NCBI GenBank assembly: GCA_013375475.1
Contig: JABXKD010000007.1
Coordinates: forward strand, 1 to 64,000
Direction of reading: 5' to 3'
DNA: 64,000 nucleotides
Source of the DNA: Promethearchaeota archaeon
Lineage (GTDB): Archaea > Asgardarchaeota > Lokiarchaeia > Sigyniarchaeales > SOKP01
Shown here: positions 18,293 to 28,437 of the stretch, in pieces
How the letters are laid out: each line of letters begins with the position of its first letter
Position numbering within the stretch: position 1 is the first letter of the stretch
Notes under the pieces: generated by a model
Told to the model about the DNA's origin: nothing
What the model saw: only the letters and a program-made list of their open reading frames with translations
Databases searched by the model: none
Position numbers and translations under genes: made by a program

Positions 18293-19984
18293 TTACATCA
18301 TGCCCGGGGGCATTCCCATGCCTCCCATACCCCCTCCCATTCCAGGAGGCATTCCCATTCCAGGAGGCATTCCACCTGGACCACCAGGAGGCATTGCGCT
18401 TTTTGCTCCTGCGATTACATCGTCAATGCGTAAAATCATTGAGGCTGCTTCGGTAGAGCTTTTAATTGCTTGAATTTTCACTATGGTTGGTTCGACGACG
18501 CCATCTGCCATCATATTGTCGATAACATCGCCCGTTTCGAGGTTGAGTCCCGCAAACTTGTTTCCTGCTTGATGAGATGCTCTTAGTTTCATTAACATTT
18601 CGATTTGGTCTAGTCCTGCGTTTTCAGCGAGTGTTTTAGGGATAATATCCAATGAATCAGCAAAAACTTCGACTGCTAATTGTTCGCGTCCTCCTAGAGT
18701 TTGAGCATATTTTCTTAATTGAATTGCAGTTTCAAGTTCTGGGGCTCCTCCACCACCGACGACTTTTTGATCTTCGACGACATCTCTAACTACGCATAAA
18801 GCGTCGTGAATAGCTCTTTCAGCTTCATCGATAATGAGTTCAGTTCCACCTCTGATTAAAATCACGACTGATTTCGGGTCTTTACATTCTTCAACGAATA
18901 TCCAGCTATCATTCATAACCTTACGTTCTTCAACTATGCCAGCAAAACCTAGCTTATCTTCTGTTATGTCATCGAGATTGGTGAAAATTACTCCACCGGT
19001 AGCTTTCGAGAGTTTTTCTAAGTCAGATTTTTTAACGCGTCTTACGGCCATAACATTTGCTTTTGAGAGAAAATGTTGAGCCATATCATCAATTCCTTTC
19101 TGACAAACGACTACATTTGCTCCAGAGTTCACGATTTTATCGACCATGGTTCTAAGCATATGTTCTTCTTCGTCAAGGAATTGTTGGATTTGATCGGGGC
19201 TCGTGATTTGGAGCTTGGCGTCGAATTCAGTTTTCTCAATTTCTATAGCGGATTGTAATAAGAGAATCTTTGCGTCTTTTATGATTTTCGGCATTCCGGG
19301 GCTGACAACTTCTTTGTCTAAGATAATACCTTTAATGAGGGTTGTTTCGTCAACTGACTCTCCTTCCTTTTTTTGAATTTGAACTTTATCGATATCAGCG
19401 ACCCATTTACCGTTTTCGCCTTTTTCTGCTACTGCCTTAATTGCTCCGATACAAATATCGGCAAGCATATCTCTCGATTCAGAGACAATTTTAGAGGACA
19501 TACAAGTCTTTGCACAGTTTTTTAACCCTTCCATATCGTCAATTCCGCTTTTAATTGACATTGCTTCCAAAATTTCAACTGATTTCTCAGCAGCTTTTCT
19601 AAAGCCCTCAGTAATGACTGTTGGGTGTATTTTTTGTTGTAAAAGTTTTTCTGCGCGCTTTAATAGTTCGCCAGCAAGGATTACAGAAGTAGTTGTGCCA
19701 TCACCTACTTCGGAATCTTGAGTTTTAGAAACTTCGACCATCATTTTTGCAGCAGGATGTTGGACATCGATTTCTTTTAGAATTGTTGCCCCATCGTTAG
19801 TGATTACAACGTCGCCAAATTGATCAACGAGCATTTTATCCATTCCACGAGGTCCGAGTGACGTTCGCACCGCTTCCATGATAACTTTTGCAGCTGCGAT
19901 GTTATTTTCCATAGCATCTTTTCCGCGTGTTCTTTCGGTCCCTTCCTTCATAATAAAGATAGGTTGACCGCCTAATTGTGCCAT
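18293..19984 (-). CDS. ths: Thermosome (group II chaperonin) subunit
   Basis: [28 protein letters not shown]; Gly/Met/Pro-rich tail. Confidence 0.97.
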   Translation of the reverse strand: MAQLGGQPIFIMKEGTERTRGKDAMENNIAAAKVIMEAVRTSLGPRGMDKMLVDQFGDVVITNDGATILKEIDVQHPAAKMMVEVSKTQDSEVGDGTTTSVILAGELLKRAEKLLQQKIHPTVITEGFRKAAEKSVEILEAMSIKSGIDDMEGLKNCAKTCMSSKIVSESRDMLADICIGAIKAVAEKGENGKWVADIDKVQIQKKEGESVDETTLIKGIILDKEVVSPGMPKIIKDAKILLLQSAIEIEKTEFDAKLQITSPDQIQQFLDEEEHMLRTMVDKIVNSGANVVVCQKGIDDMAQHFLSKANVMAVRRVKKSDLEKLSKATGGVIFTNLDDITEDKLGFAGIVEERKVMNDSWIFVEECKDPKSVVILIRGGTELIIDEAERAIHDALCVVRDVVEDQKVVGGGGAPELETAIQLRKYAQTLGGREQLAVEVFADSLDIIPKTLAENAGLDQIEMLMKLRASHQAGNKFAGLNLETGDVIDNMMADGVVEPTIVKIQAIKSSTEAASMILRIDDVIAGAKSAMPPGGPGGMPPGMGMPPGMGGGMGGMGMPPGMM

Positions 19985-20158
19985 TTTTAATTCACACTAT
20001 TTATTTTTTTTAAAATAATTATTAATTATATAATGATCTCTAAGTCATAAAATTAAAAAAGTTTACGGAAATTTTAATTTTTAAAACTTAAAGGGGTGTT
20101 TGCGAAAAGTAACGAGATTTGTAAAATTATGTTTAACAAATAAATGAATTTTCTCGGT

Positions 20159-20320
20159 TTATTTATGTAGTTCTCTTTTCTTTAGGCGTAAATCTTTAGA
20201 TCTGCATCTACGACACTTCTTTGCTCTGACGGGGTTTAAAGCTCCGCATTTGCGACATACCGTTTTCATTAATAGATGATGTCTGGCAATTTTTCTTTTA
20301 TATGGATCATCAATGGGCAT
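20159..20320 (-). CDS. rpl40e: 50S ribosomal protein L40e (absent from the ORF track)
   Basis: Manual translation MPIDDPYKRKIARHHLLMKTVCRKCGALNPVRAKKCRRCRSKDLRLKKRELHK; ggaga upstream. Confidence 0.95.
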   Translation of the reverse strand: MPIDDPYKRKIARHHLLMKTVCRKCGALNPVRAKKCRRCRSKDLRLKKRELHK

Positions 20321-20563
20321 ACAACAATCTCCTTTATTTGCTAGGTATTTTGGTTTATTTAATAAACAATTAATTGCTATTCTTTCTGAAACAATTCTAT
20401 TAGGTTCTTATTCAAGTTTCAACTAAAGAATAAATTGAAAAACATTTGAAAGCTAAAAAATTTTTTGATATAGGATTACTTTCACTAAAGAAATAAAGTA
20501 AAAATTAAAATTTTATAAATAATTTTAAGTTATAATTTAGAGTTATATTAATTTCAAATTTAG

Positions 20564-20767
20564 TTGAAAAAGTTGCCAAGCGAAATATTTGACGAGGAAA
20601 AGTTTTTATCTTTAGCGGAGTTTGCAGTCCATTGTCGGGTTAAGCGAGTAAAAGATGTTGTGAAATTGAAGTTAAGAACTAAAAAACGACTTTATACATA
20701 TAAAACAGACCCGGCAACTGCAGATAGACTTGTAAGAAATCTAACTTGCGATATTATTGAGTTATAA
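20564..20767 (+). CDS. rpl38e: 50S ribosomal protein L38e
   Basis: PSEI...VKLKLRTKKRLYT motif; true start is probably TTG at 20573. Confidence 0.88.
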   Translation: MKKLPSEIFDEEKFLSLAEFAVHCRVKRVKDVVKLKLRTKKRLYTYKTDPATADRLVRNLTCDIIEL

Positions 20768-20783
20768 GTGGATTAGAAGCTAA

Positions 20784-21293
20784 ATGAAAATTCTTCCTGC
20801 GTGTAAAACATGTGTAAGTTCCGGATTTTTATGTACTAGTTGTCAAGAGAAACTAGATACGGAAGTTCTTACTCAATTTGAATTAGATTTAGCTAAGGAT
20901 TTACTTGTTTTGGAAGAAGAGGAAGATTTTGGATTTTTGAAAAATATTTCTTTCTTTAAAGCAATCGATTTCGAGGACGTAGTAATATTTGTTGTCGGAA
21001 AGAAAGATAAGATTAAAATTACGCAGAAATTAATAAATTGGATAAAAGAAACATACGAAGTAGACGAATTAATCTTTATCGAACAAACAAAGAAACCTAG
21101 AGCCACTTTAGAAAGCTTAATCGCTCCTAATAAATTAATTTCGTTAAATGAGATATTTTTAGCTACAGGAGACATTGAATTTAAAGGAGTTATTTCAAAA
21201 AAGGATCAATCTACCATCTTATTTACTAAAGAAGAGCTTGAAGAACTAATACTTGAACTCACTGGCGAAAAGATTCGTATCGAATTTGAATAA
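20784..21293 (+). CDS. Archaeal NusA-like protein with N-terminal Zn finger
   Basis: PACKTC...LCTSC followed by a KH-like region ending LTGEKIRIEFE. Confidence 0.7.
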   Translation: MKILPACKTCVSSGFLCTSCQEKLDTEVLTQFELDLAKDLLVLEEEEDFGFLKNISFFKAIDFEDVVIFVVGKKDKIKITQKLINWIKETYEVDELIFIEQTKKPRATLESLIAPNKLISLNEIFLATGDIEFKGVISKKDQSTILFTKEELEELILELTGEKIRIEFE

Positions 21294-21345
21294 AAGTAAT
21301 TATTTTATATCTCAATTTCTTATTATTGAATAGGTTTAATATATT

Positions 21346-21702
21346 GTGGATGAATACAAACAAGTCATCTTAATACGGACAGATTTAAAGATGGGTACTG
21401 GGAAAAAATGTGCTCAGTCGTGCCACGCATCGTTATCTTCAGCAGATTTGGTTAGGATAAAAAATAAAGATGTATGGAAAAAATGGAAAAACACTGGGCA
21501 AAAGAAAGTAGTTCTAAAAATAAGTAGCATGGAAGAACTTAATGAAATCGTTTCAAATTTAGAAAAAAAAGACATCCTATTTTTTTTAGTTAGAGACGCT
21601 GGCTTAACACAACTGACTCCTGGAACCACCACGGCTTTAGGAATAGGACCTGCCCTATCTGAAGCCTTAGATAAAGTTACCGGGGATTTAAAGTTACTAT
21701 AA
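21346..21702 (+). CDS. pth2: Peptidyl-tRNA hydrolase Pth2
   Basis: [37 protein letters not shown]. Confidence 0.95.
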   Translation: MDEYKQVILIRTDLKMGTGKKCAQSCHASLSSADLVRIKNKDVWKKWKNTGQKKVVLKISSMEELNEIVSNLEKKDILFFLVRDAGLTQLTPGTTTALGIGPALSEALDKVTGDLKLL

Positions 21703-21726
21703 AATAACACCCTCAAGGTAATTAAT

Positions 21727-23112
21727 TTGGAAGGAAAGAAGGAGAATTTTCACAAGTTCAACAACATTAGCGAGAGAGAAGTCGAAAAAGTTGTAGGAAT
21801 TGAAGTTTTCTCAACCCCTGAAATGAAAGGCATTCAGGGAACTATTAAAAACCGCTATAAAGACTTTATTGTTAAAGAAATCACTTTTACTGGCCGTGTT
21901 CTAGAGATAAATGAGGATTACACTCCTACTAGGTATTCTGTGGAAAATAAAGACAGTTTTACAACTTTCAACTTAGTAAAAATCAATAAAGACACATTTG
22001 AAGCAGTAAGACTGATTAGCGATGCTTTAGATATAGCTCCTAAAGCTATCGATTACGCAGGATTAAAGGATAAACGTGCTATAACAGTTCAGCAAGCCTC
22101 AATTAGAGGAAATTACGTCGAGAAGTTGAAGAAATTAAAGTTACACAATATTTTCATTAGAAATATCAATCCTTCAAAACATCCTATTAAATTAGGAAGT
22201 AATTGGGGAAACAACTTTGAGATTACCATTAGAAACATCGATCAAAAGAGTATAAAAAGAAATGAAATAGAAGAACTATTAGCAGCGTTACGAACTCGTG
22301 GATTTCCGAACTATTATGGGCTTCAAAGATTTGGGACATTTAGACCGAATTCACACCTTATAGGGAGATATATTTTAGAAAACGAATTTAAGAAAGCGTT
22401 CGATGAGTTTGTAATAACAACTTATTCGTCAGAATTGCCACAATCCTTCAATGTAAGGGAAGATCTAAGACAAACAGGTAATCTTGAAAAGGCATACGAT
22501 GCATTTCCTAAAAGTTTGAATTATGAAAGAATAATGATAAAATATTTAATAGATAATCCTGGAGATTACAAAGGAGCAATTAATCACTTACCTAAGTACC
22601 TTATAAAATTACTGATTAGTTCATTTCAATCTTTTTTATTTAATAGAATGTTGTCCTTGCGGTATAAAAAAGGAATTTCTTTAAACAAACCCATTAAAGG
22701 CGATATTTTTGTTATTTTAGATGAAGAAAATGGAAATATTACTCAAATTAAATACCTATACAATGGATTATACGATAAGTATTTACAAGAAGCAAATGAT
22801 TTAAATCGAGCTAAAATCGTGTATCCATTGATAGGATATAATACAAATTTAGACGACTTTCCTGCTTTAAAATCTTTTGTATTAGAAATTCTAAAGGAGG
22901 AGGGAATTTCAATGGAAATATTTAGCAACAAATTGTTAGAAACATACGATTTCAAGGGTTCATTTAGACCTTTAATTGCCAAACCACTAGGTTTAAAAAT
23001 TCTTGAATATTCTGAGGACAATGTTTTCCAGAATAGTCATAAATTAAAAATCGAGTTTACTTTACAAAAAGGCTCCTATGCGACTTTATTATTGCGTGAG
23101 ATCATAAAATGA
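21727..23112 (+). CDS. truD: tRNA pseudouridine(13) synthase TruD
   Basis: YAGLKDKRA.T.Q, GNNFEI.IR, FPNYYG.QRFG, GSYAT.LLRE. Confidence 0.95.
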   Translation: MEGKKENFHKFNNISEREVEKVVGIEVFSTPEMKGIQGTIKNRYKDFIVKEITFTGRVLEINEDYTPTRYSVENKDSFTTFNLVKINKDTFEAVRLISDALDIAPKAIDYAGLKDKRAITVQQASIRGNYVEKLKKLKLHNIFIRNINPSKHPIKLGSNWGNNFEITIRNIDQKSIKRNEIEELLAALRTRGFPNYYGLQRFGTFRPNSHLIGRYILENEFKKAFDEFVITTYSSELPQSFNVREDLRQTGNLEKAYDAFPKSLNYERIMIKYLIDNPGDYKGAINHLPKYLIKLLISSFQSFLFNRMLSLRYKKGISLNKPIKGDIFVILDEENGNITQIKYLYNGLYDKYLQEANDLNRAKIVYPLIGYNTNLDDFPALKSFVLEILKEEGISMEIFSNKLLETYDFKGSFRPLIAKPLGLKILEYSEDNVFQNSHKLKIEFTLQKGSYATLLLREIIK

Positions 23113-23115
23113 GGT

Positions 23116-24627
23116 TCAATCTATACTTACATCGTATTTTTGAATCGTTTCATTTCCAAGAATGTCATTTACTTTTACTGCTATTGTGTAATTTCCTTGT
23201 GTAGTATAGGGATAAGATATTGAGGATAATTTTAATTTACGGTTTTTTAGTGTTCTATACGATATCCAAGTCGTGGTAAAATAATCGTTTTGACAATAAA
23301 AATCTATAGCCCAACTATCAATCCAATCAGTAAAAGTTTCAATCTTAATTTTGAGTTTATCATTAATTAAATTTAAATCTAGGCCAAAATAATCTGCTAA
23401 TTCAATAGATATTTTTTTTCTCTCTTTAATCATTCTAATCTCAAATTTGCCCTTCTTAATTTCTGGCTGATCATTATTAATTCTCAAAATTCTAAATGGT
23501 TGGGGAAGTTCGTCGTATTTTTGATCCCAATTTATGAGGTCATTACTATTCCATACATCAAGAATTCTTTTGCGACTTATGTTTATCGCATGATTTCCTA
23601 TATCTGAACCAATCCATCTTCGTCCAAGTTTTTCTGCCACTACTAATGTTGTGCCAGTTCCACAAAAAAAATCTGCTACGATATCACCTTTATCTGAAGA
23701 AGCAAGAATTATCCTTTTCAACAATCTTTCAGGTTTTTGTGTGGAAAACGCTTGATATTCTGTAGTGTTTGCCCTGATATAAGGTAAATCCGTCCAAACA
23801 TCACGAGGAAAGATTCCCATGTTTGATATGTATACTTTCTGCGAAAGTTTCTTACCGTTATGACTTCCTCCGCGATGGTAGTAGGTCCCTTTATCGTCGT
23901 TTTTTAAAGCAAACTTAACTCGATCAGAATACTCCATATAAATTTTAGGATCGTCGTTAAATGTGTAATCTTTAGATTTCGTATAAAATAAAATCGAATC
24001 ATAAGAGCGAATAAAGAATCTTCTTGTTTTAGCCGATGCTGCAGGGTATGCCCAAATTATCTCATTTTTAAAATTTTCTTTTCCAAAAATTTCATCCATT
24101 ATTATTTTTATATAATGGGAAACATGCCAATCTAGATGTATATAAATGCTTCCATCTTCTGCGAGCAAATCTTTCATGATAATTAATCTCTCATATAAAA
24201 AATCAATATAAGCATCAATACCTCCATTCCAGGAATCTGAATAAGCCTTCGAGACTTCAAACGCGTTCTTTTCACCTATGAGCACTTTGGATTCGAAATC
24301 TCCTCCAGTCCCAAAAGGTGGATCGATATATATTAATTTGATTTTTTTCGAGTAAATGGGGAGCAAAGAATTCATAATATCCTTATTATCTCCTTGGATT
24401 AAGCAATTTATCATTCCTTTGGAAGATTCTTTACGCTTCTGATATTCTTCCATTCTTTTTTTAATTAGTTGAGTACGAGATCCAAAATTATCAATTATTG
24501 GGTATTTAAGTAATTCTTTTGTATTGAAAGGATGAACTTGTTGAGACTTATTCGTGTTTGACATTCTAAGTTTTTCTTTATCGTTCCAATTTAGATTCGG
24601 CATTATTAATCCACAATAAGATGGCAA
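23116..24627 (-). CDS. Site-specific amino-DNA methyltransferase (beta class, Mod-like)
   Basis: IYIDPPF, TQKPERLLKRII and DFFCGTGTT motifs. Confidence 0.9.
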   Translation of the reverse strand: MPSYCGLIMPNLNWNDKEKLRMSNTNKSQQVHPFNTKELLKYPIIDNFGSRTQLIKKRMEEYQKRKESSKGMINCLIQGDNKDIMNSLLPIYSKKIKLIYIDPPFGTGGDFESKVLIGEKNAFEVSKAYSDSWNGGIDAYIDFLYERLIIMKDLLAEDGSIYIHLDWHVSHYIKIIMDEIFGKENFKNEIIWAYPAASAKTRRFFIRSYDSILFYTKSKDYTFNDDPKIYMEYSDRVKFALKNDDKGTYYHRGGSHNGKKLSQKVYISNMGIFPRDVWTDLPYIRANTTEYQAFSTQKPERLLKRIILASSDKGDIVADFFCGTGTTLVVAEKLGRRWIGSDIGNHAINISRKRILDVWNSNDLINWDQKYDELPQPFRILRINNDQPEIKKGKFEIRMIKERKKISIELADYFGLDLNLINDKLKIKIETFTDWIDSWAIDFYCQNDYFTTTWISYRTLKNRKLKLSSISYPYTTQGNYTIAVKVNDILGNETIQKYDVSID

Positions 24628-24692
24628 AAAATTTATTCTTAATTTCCTTTACAATTTTAATTTAAATAAAAATATGAAATTAGAAGGTTACT

Positions 24693-26015
24693 ATGTCTTT
24701 TGATGAATTAGATGGATGGAGGAAAACTCACTATACCAAAGATGTGACTCCAGAATTGCGTGATCAAGAAGTAATTCTTGGAGGATGGGTAAGAAATTTT
24801 CGAGATCTAGGCGGTTTGAAGTTCATAAGCTTGCAAGATAAATACGGAGAACGGCAGATTACTTTAAAAAAAGGAGTCGTATCCGATGAGCTATTTGAAA
24901 AAGCGAAGTTAGGATACCAATACTGCATAATGATAAAAGGAAAAGTAAAGGAATTTAAAGCAGCACCAGGCGGAATTGAAATTATCCCGTCGGAAATAAA
25001 AATATTGAACAGAACACCTGAAAAGCTTCCTATTGATATGACGGGAGAAACCTTATCAGATCTTGATCTTAGGCTAAATAATAGGGCTTTAGATCTACGA
25101 TCCTTAAGAAATCAAGCAATTTTTGAGATCCATGGACAAGTTTTAAAATCTGCTAGGAATTTTTTACGTGAACAAGACTTTACTGAAGTAACAACACCGA
25201 ATATAATAGGTTCCGCGACAGAGGGAGGTACTGAGTTATTCCCCATTATGTATTTTGATAGAGAGGCATTCTTAGTTCAATCTGCCCAATTATATAAAGA
25301 ACAATTAAGTGGAGTATATGAAAAGGTATTTGAGATAGGTCCTGCATTCAGAGCGGAAAAAAGTCACACTAAAAGGCATATCTGCGAAATTTTTACATTG
25401 GATGTAGAAATGAGTTTTGTTGATATGTATGATGTTTTAAAAACACTCGAGGAATTAGTTCATAATGTAATAACGAATATTAGAGGGAATAACATGGCTG
25501 CTCTGAAAATACTTAACATGGAAAATAAAACAACCATTCCAGAATTACCCTTTCCACGCTATAGATACGATGAAATTCTTGAATTACTCGAAAATAAATA
25601 TAATATTTCTGTTGAATGGGGAGAAGATATCTCGACTGAAGCATATAGAAAATTAGGAGAAGAATTAACAGGATACTACTACATAACTCATTGGCCAATG
25701 ACAATAAAACCGTTTTATATTCAACCATCAAAAGATGATAAGTATAGTGAATCGTTTGATCTTCAAATGGGGTGGCTTGAATTAACATCTGGAGGCACTC
25801 GAGTTCATAATCGAGTACAATTAGAGAACGCCATAGAAAACAAAGGTTTGAATGCTTCTTCCTTTGAATCCCATCTTAGCACATTTGATTTTGGAATGCC
25901 TCCTCACGCGGGATTCGGATTAGGAATTGCTCGTTGGATAACATATATTTGTGGTCTAGATGACATTCGAGAAGCAGTAATGTATCCCAGAACGCCCGAA
26001 CGATTGACACCTTAG
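24693..26015 (+). CDS. aspS: Aspartate--tRNA ligase, archaeal type (probably non-discriminating)
   Basis: OB-fold, ATEGGTELF, FRAEKS.T.RH, PHAGFGLG; Pro in the KAAPGG anticodon loop suggests the ND type. Confidence 0.95.
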   Translation: MSFDELDGWRKTHYTKDVTPELRDQEVILGGWVRNFRDLGGLKFISLQDKYGERQITLKKGVVSDELFEKAKLGYQYCIMIKGKVKEFKAAPGGIEIIPSEIKILNRTPEKLPIDMTGETLSDLDLRLNNRALDLRSLRNQAIFEIHGQVLKSARNFLREQDFTEVTTPNIIGSATEGGTELFPIMYFDREAFLVQSAQLYKEQLSGVYEKVFEIGPAFRAEKSHTKRHICEIFTLDVEMSFVDMYDVLKTLEELVHNVITNIRGNNMAALKILNMENKTTIPELPFPRYRYDEILELLENKYNISVEWGEDISTEAYRKLGEELTGYYYITHWPMTIKPFYIQPSKDDKYSESFDLQMGWLELTSGGTRVHNRVQLENAIENKGLNASSFESHLSTFDFGMPPHAGFGLGIARWITYICGLDDIREAVMYPRTPERLTP

Positions 26016-26045
26016 AAATTTTACAATATCAAATTTTGATTAATT

Positions 26046-26963
26046 ATGAAAGATGAATGGATTGAGTCTTATTTAAATGCTGGAAAAGCAGTTATCGCCG
26101 CTAAAAAACTTGCTAGAAAGCTCATTAAACCGGGAGCATCTTTTTTGGAAATTGCTAATAGATGCGAAGATGAAATAATAAATCAAGGATGCGAATTATC
26201 ATTTCCAATTAACATGTCGCTAAACGAGCAAGCTGCTCATTACAGCCCTGTTATTGACGATCCTACCCTGGTTCCTAATAAAGGACTGTTAAAAATTGAT
26301 TTAGGTTCTCACTATAACGGATATATTGCTGATTCAGCAATTACTTTTAATTTAGATGAAGATCCAAAGCTTCAAAATTACATTGACGCGGCACAAGATG
26401 CGTTGGATGCAGCGATCGAAATTTTTAAACCCGGCATTAAGTTGTATGAGTTAGGTGAAGTAATCGCAGATAAAATTCATAGCCGCGGCTTAAGACCAAT
26501 TATAAATCTTGGGGGCCATGAATTAAAACAATATAAACTGCATGCTGGTCCTTTTCTTCCTAATAAAAAAGATTTAAGTCATAATGAAGTTTTAAAACCT
26601 GGGGATGCTTACGCTTGTGAGCCATTTGCTACTTCAGGTGAAGGTTTAGTCACAAACGGTAAAAAATCTTATATTTACCGATTTGTTAAACGGGTAAAAA
26701 AGAATTTACCTTACGAAGAAATTAGCTATATGAAGAAAATAGAGGATTTAACCAAAAATTTACCTTTTTCGCCACGTTTATTAGAAAAACATAATATCAT
26801 CCCGAAAAACAAAATTCCTAGGATAATTGATGCTTTTAAGCGAAAAAAAATTCTTGATCATTATCCTATACTATTAGAGGTAACTGGAGCCCCAGTTGCT
26901 CAACAAGAACATACAATCATAATCGATATGGATGGAAATCCTATTGTCACAACCCGAGAATAA
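26046..26963 (+). CDS. map: Methionine aminopeptidase type II
   Basis: AAHYSP, KIDLG.H.NGYIADSA, NLGGH, CEPFAT, AQQEHT. Confidence 0.95.
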   Translation: MKDEWIESYLNAGKAVIAAKKLARKLIKPGASFLEIANRCEDEIINQGCELSFPINMSLNEQAAHYSPVIDDPTLVPNKGLLKIDLGSHYNGYIADSAITFNLDEDPKLQNYIDAAQDALDAAIEIFKPGIKLYELGEVIADKIHSRGLRPIINLGGHELKQYKLHAGPFLPNKKDLSHNEVLKPGDAYACEPFATSGEGLVTNGKKSYIYRFVKRVKKNLPYEEISYMKKIEDLTKNLPFSPRLLEKHNIIPKNKIPRIIDAFKRKKILDHYPILLEVTGAPVAQQEHTIIIDMDGNPIVTTRE

Positions 26964-27813
26964 TTTTAAGGAAAAAATTACGAGTGTCGTTCTATGTGCT
27001 GGTGAAGGAACACGCGCTAAGATTATATCTCAAAACTTACCAAAATCGCTTCTTAAAGTCAGTTCTTTAAATAATCAAACTATTCTTTCGTTAGTTCTTT
27101 CTATCTTAAAAAAGTTAAATCTAGATCCAATTATAGTTGTAACAGGGCATTTAGGTGAATATATTGAAGATTCTGTTTACTCTTTTCTAACTAAAAATCA
27201 GTATGGTGAAGATAGTATCATTATTCATAGTTCTGGAGATGACTACAAATTAGGCCCTCTCTTTTCTTTTTTAAGTATTACAAAAAATGAACAGATCTTT
27301 AAAGAAGATAAGTTATTTATGGTTCTTCCTGGAGATACTGTTTTTGATTTCAATCTAATTCAAGAAATTCTAAACTTATTATTAGAGAACTACTCGCTAG
27401 TTATCGATAATTCAATTATATTTTATAGGAAAATAAGAACCGATATATTAAAAAAAAAGTATAAAAAATACTACCCAAAATATGAAAAAAGTATCTCTTA
27501 TTTAAGAATGGAAGAAAAGGACTCAATAACGATTGTTAAAGAGATTTCTCAAGAAAAATTGAGTTCCTTATCTAATCAAGAAGTAATTAACCAGATTATT
27601 CCAATTTTTATATTTAACAACTCATATATTAAAGCAATTAAAGAGCTCGCTAGCTCAGTCAAATTTCGTACTATTCGCGAAGTAGTAAACTTAATGCTTG
27701 AAAGAAAAAAGCAGTTTTTTGCCATATCGGTTAGTCCAGAAAATAATTTCTATGACATCGATGCTCCTCTCGACTTAAAAATTCTGAATGAAAAAAAAAA
27801 AGGTGGACAATAG
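26932..27813 (+). CDS. Sugar-phosphate nucleotidyltransferase-family protein
   Basis: LCAGEGTR...LPKSLL, PGD and YDID motifs. Confidence 0.8.
   Translation: MEILLSQPENNFKEKITSVVLCAGEGTRAKIISQNLPKSLLKVSSLNNQTILSLVLSILKKLNLDPIIVVTGHLGEYIEDSVYSFLTKNQYGEDSIIIHSSGDDYKLGPLFSFLSITKNEQIFKEDKLFMVLPGDTVFDFNLIQEILNLLLENYSLVIDNSIIFYRKIRTDILKKKYKKYYPKYEKSISYLRMEEKDSITIVKEISQEKLSSLSNQEVINQIIPIFIFNNSYIKAIKELASSVKFRTIREVVNLMLERKKQFFAISVSPENNFYDIDAPLDLKILNEKKKGGQ
27791..27801 (-). terminator. U11 tract terminating the putative ncRNA
   Basis: Eleven A on the + strand, 2 nt from the end of the terminal helix. Confidence 0.6.
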
Positions 27814-28299
27814 TAGCTCCGATTATCTCAGAAAACATGTTTCAAAGGAAATCAATCTTTTACTCCAATGAATCGTATCTGGATCAAAGCTCTATTGAGG
27901 AAGTTAATAATTTTATTTTAAAGACATATAAAGTTTGAATGTCTCGTGTAGCAAGCGAAAAAACTGCTAAATTCAACAAGAGATCAAGCAAATATGTTTC
28001 AATTTAAACTTTATTTCGTGTCAATTTTAACCAAATTGCTTCTCTTTACAAAATTATTGCTCCCTCGTTGAAAAATAATAGAAATCTCCTAAAGCAATGA
28101 TAATCATGCTCGTAATTTAGGATTCAAAACTAAAGATATGTAATAATATAAAACCGTATGGAACTCAAGGCGTAAGTATTAACTCTGGTAAGAAAAAAAT
28201 GCTCCAGAACTTAAGAATCATTTATCAATTTTGCAACAACAAGCTCGTTGTTTAAATTGTAATTCTGTATCATAAACCAATGATTTAAACTATTGTCCA
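27802..28299 (-). ncRNA. Putative large (~500 nt) structured non-coding RNA of unrecognised family
   Basis: No ORF of 60 aa or more. Terminal helix 27804-27814/28289-28299. Nested stems 27891-96/28077-82, 27897-903/28060-66, 27906-14/28050-58 and 27919-24/28043-48, plus several hairpins. A-C mismatches on + read as G-U on -. TATA upstream and U-tract downstream. Confidence 0.75.
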
Positions 28300-28321
28300 A
28301 TAAGACATATGCATAATCATC

Positions 28322-28329
28322 TATTTAAA
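28322..28329 (-). promoter_or_regulatory. TATA box for the putative ncRNA
   Basis: TTTAAATA on the minus strand, 23-30 nt upstream of the 5' arm of the terminal helix. Confidence 0.5.
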
Positions 28330-28437
28330 TTTAATTATTAATTTATGAAATATATCCACTACATTATTCAGAGAAAGTTTAATAGATTCCAATATTATTA
28401 CTCAAAATGAAATTTAAATAAGAAATTTGAAAAGTAA

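Noticed and set aside
18296-18395. GC-rich repeats (ggcattcc...) at the thermosome 3' end
   Set aside because: They encode the ordinary Gly/Met/Pro chaperonin tail.
28211-28273. 20-codon minus-strand ORF MIQNYNLNNELVVAKLINDS inside the RNA (tmRNA-tag-like?)
   Set aside because: Too short to distinguish from chance, and it does not end like a proteolysis tag.
27802-28299. Identification of the structured RNA as RNase P, SRP, 5S rRNA or tmRNA
   Set aside because: The + strand gaggaag resembles RNase P CR-I, but no convincing P4 partner exists and G-U polarity, TATA and U-tract all favour the - strand. There is no SRP helix-8 GGAA motif in context and no 5S consensus. The 3' ...GUCCACC end is acceptor-stem-like but has no T-loop or G3-U70 pair. 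A covariance-model search is needed to exclude these formally.
27804-28299. MITE interpretation of the 11-bp terminal inverted repeat
   Set aside because: No target-site duplication, no second copy in the window, and extensive strand-specific internal pairing. Disfavoured but not excluded.
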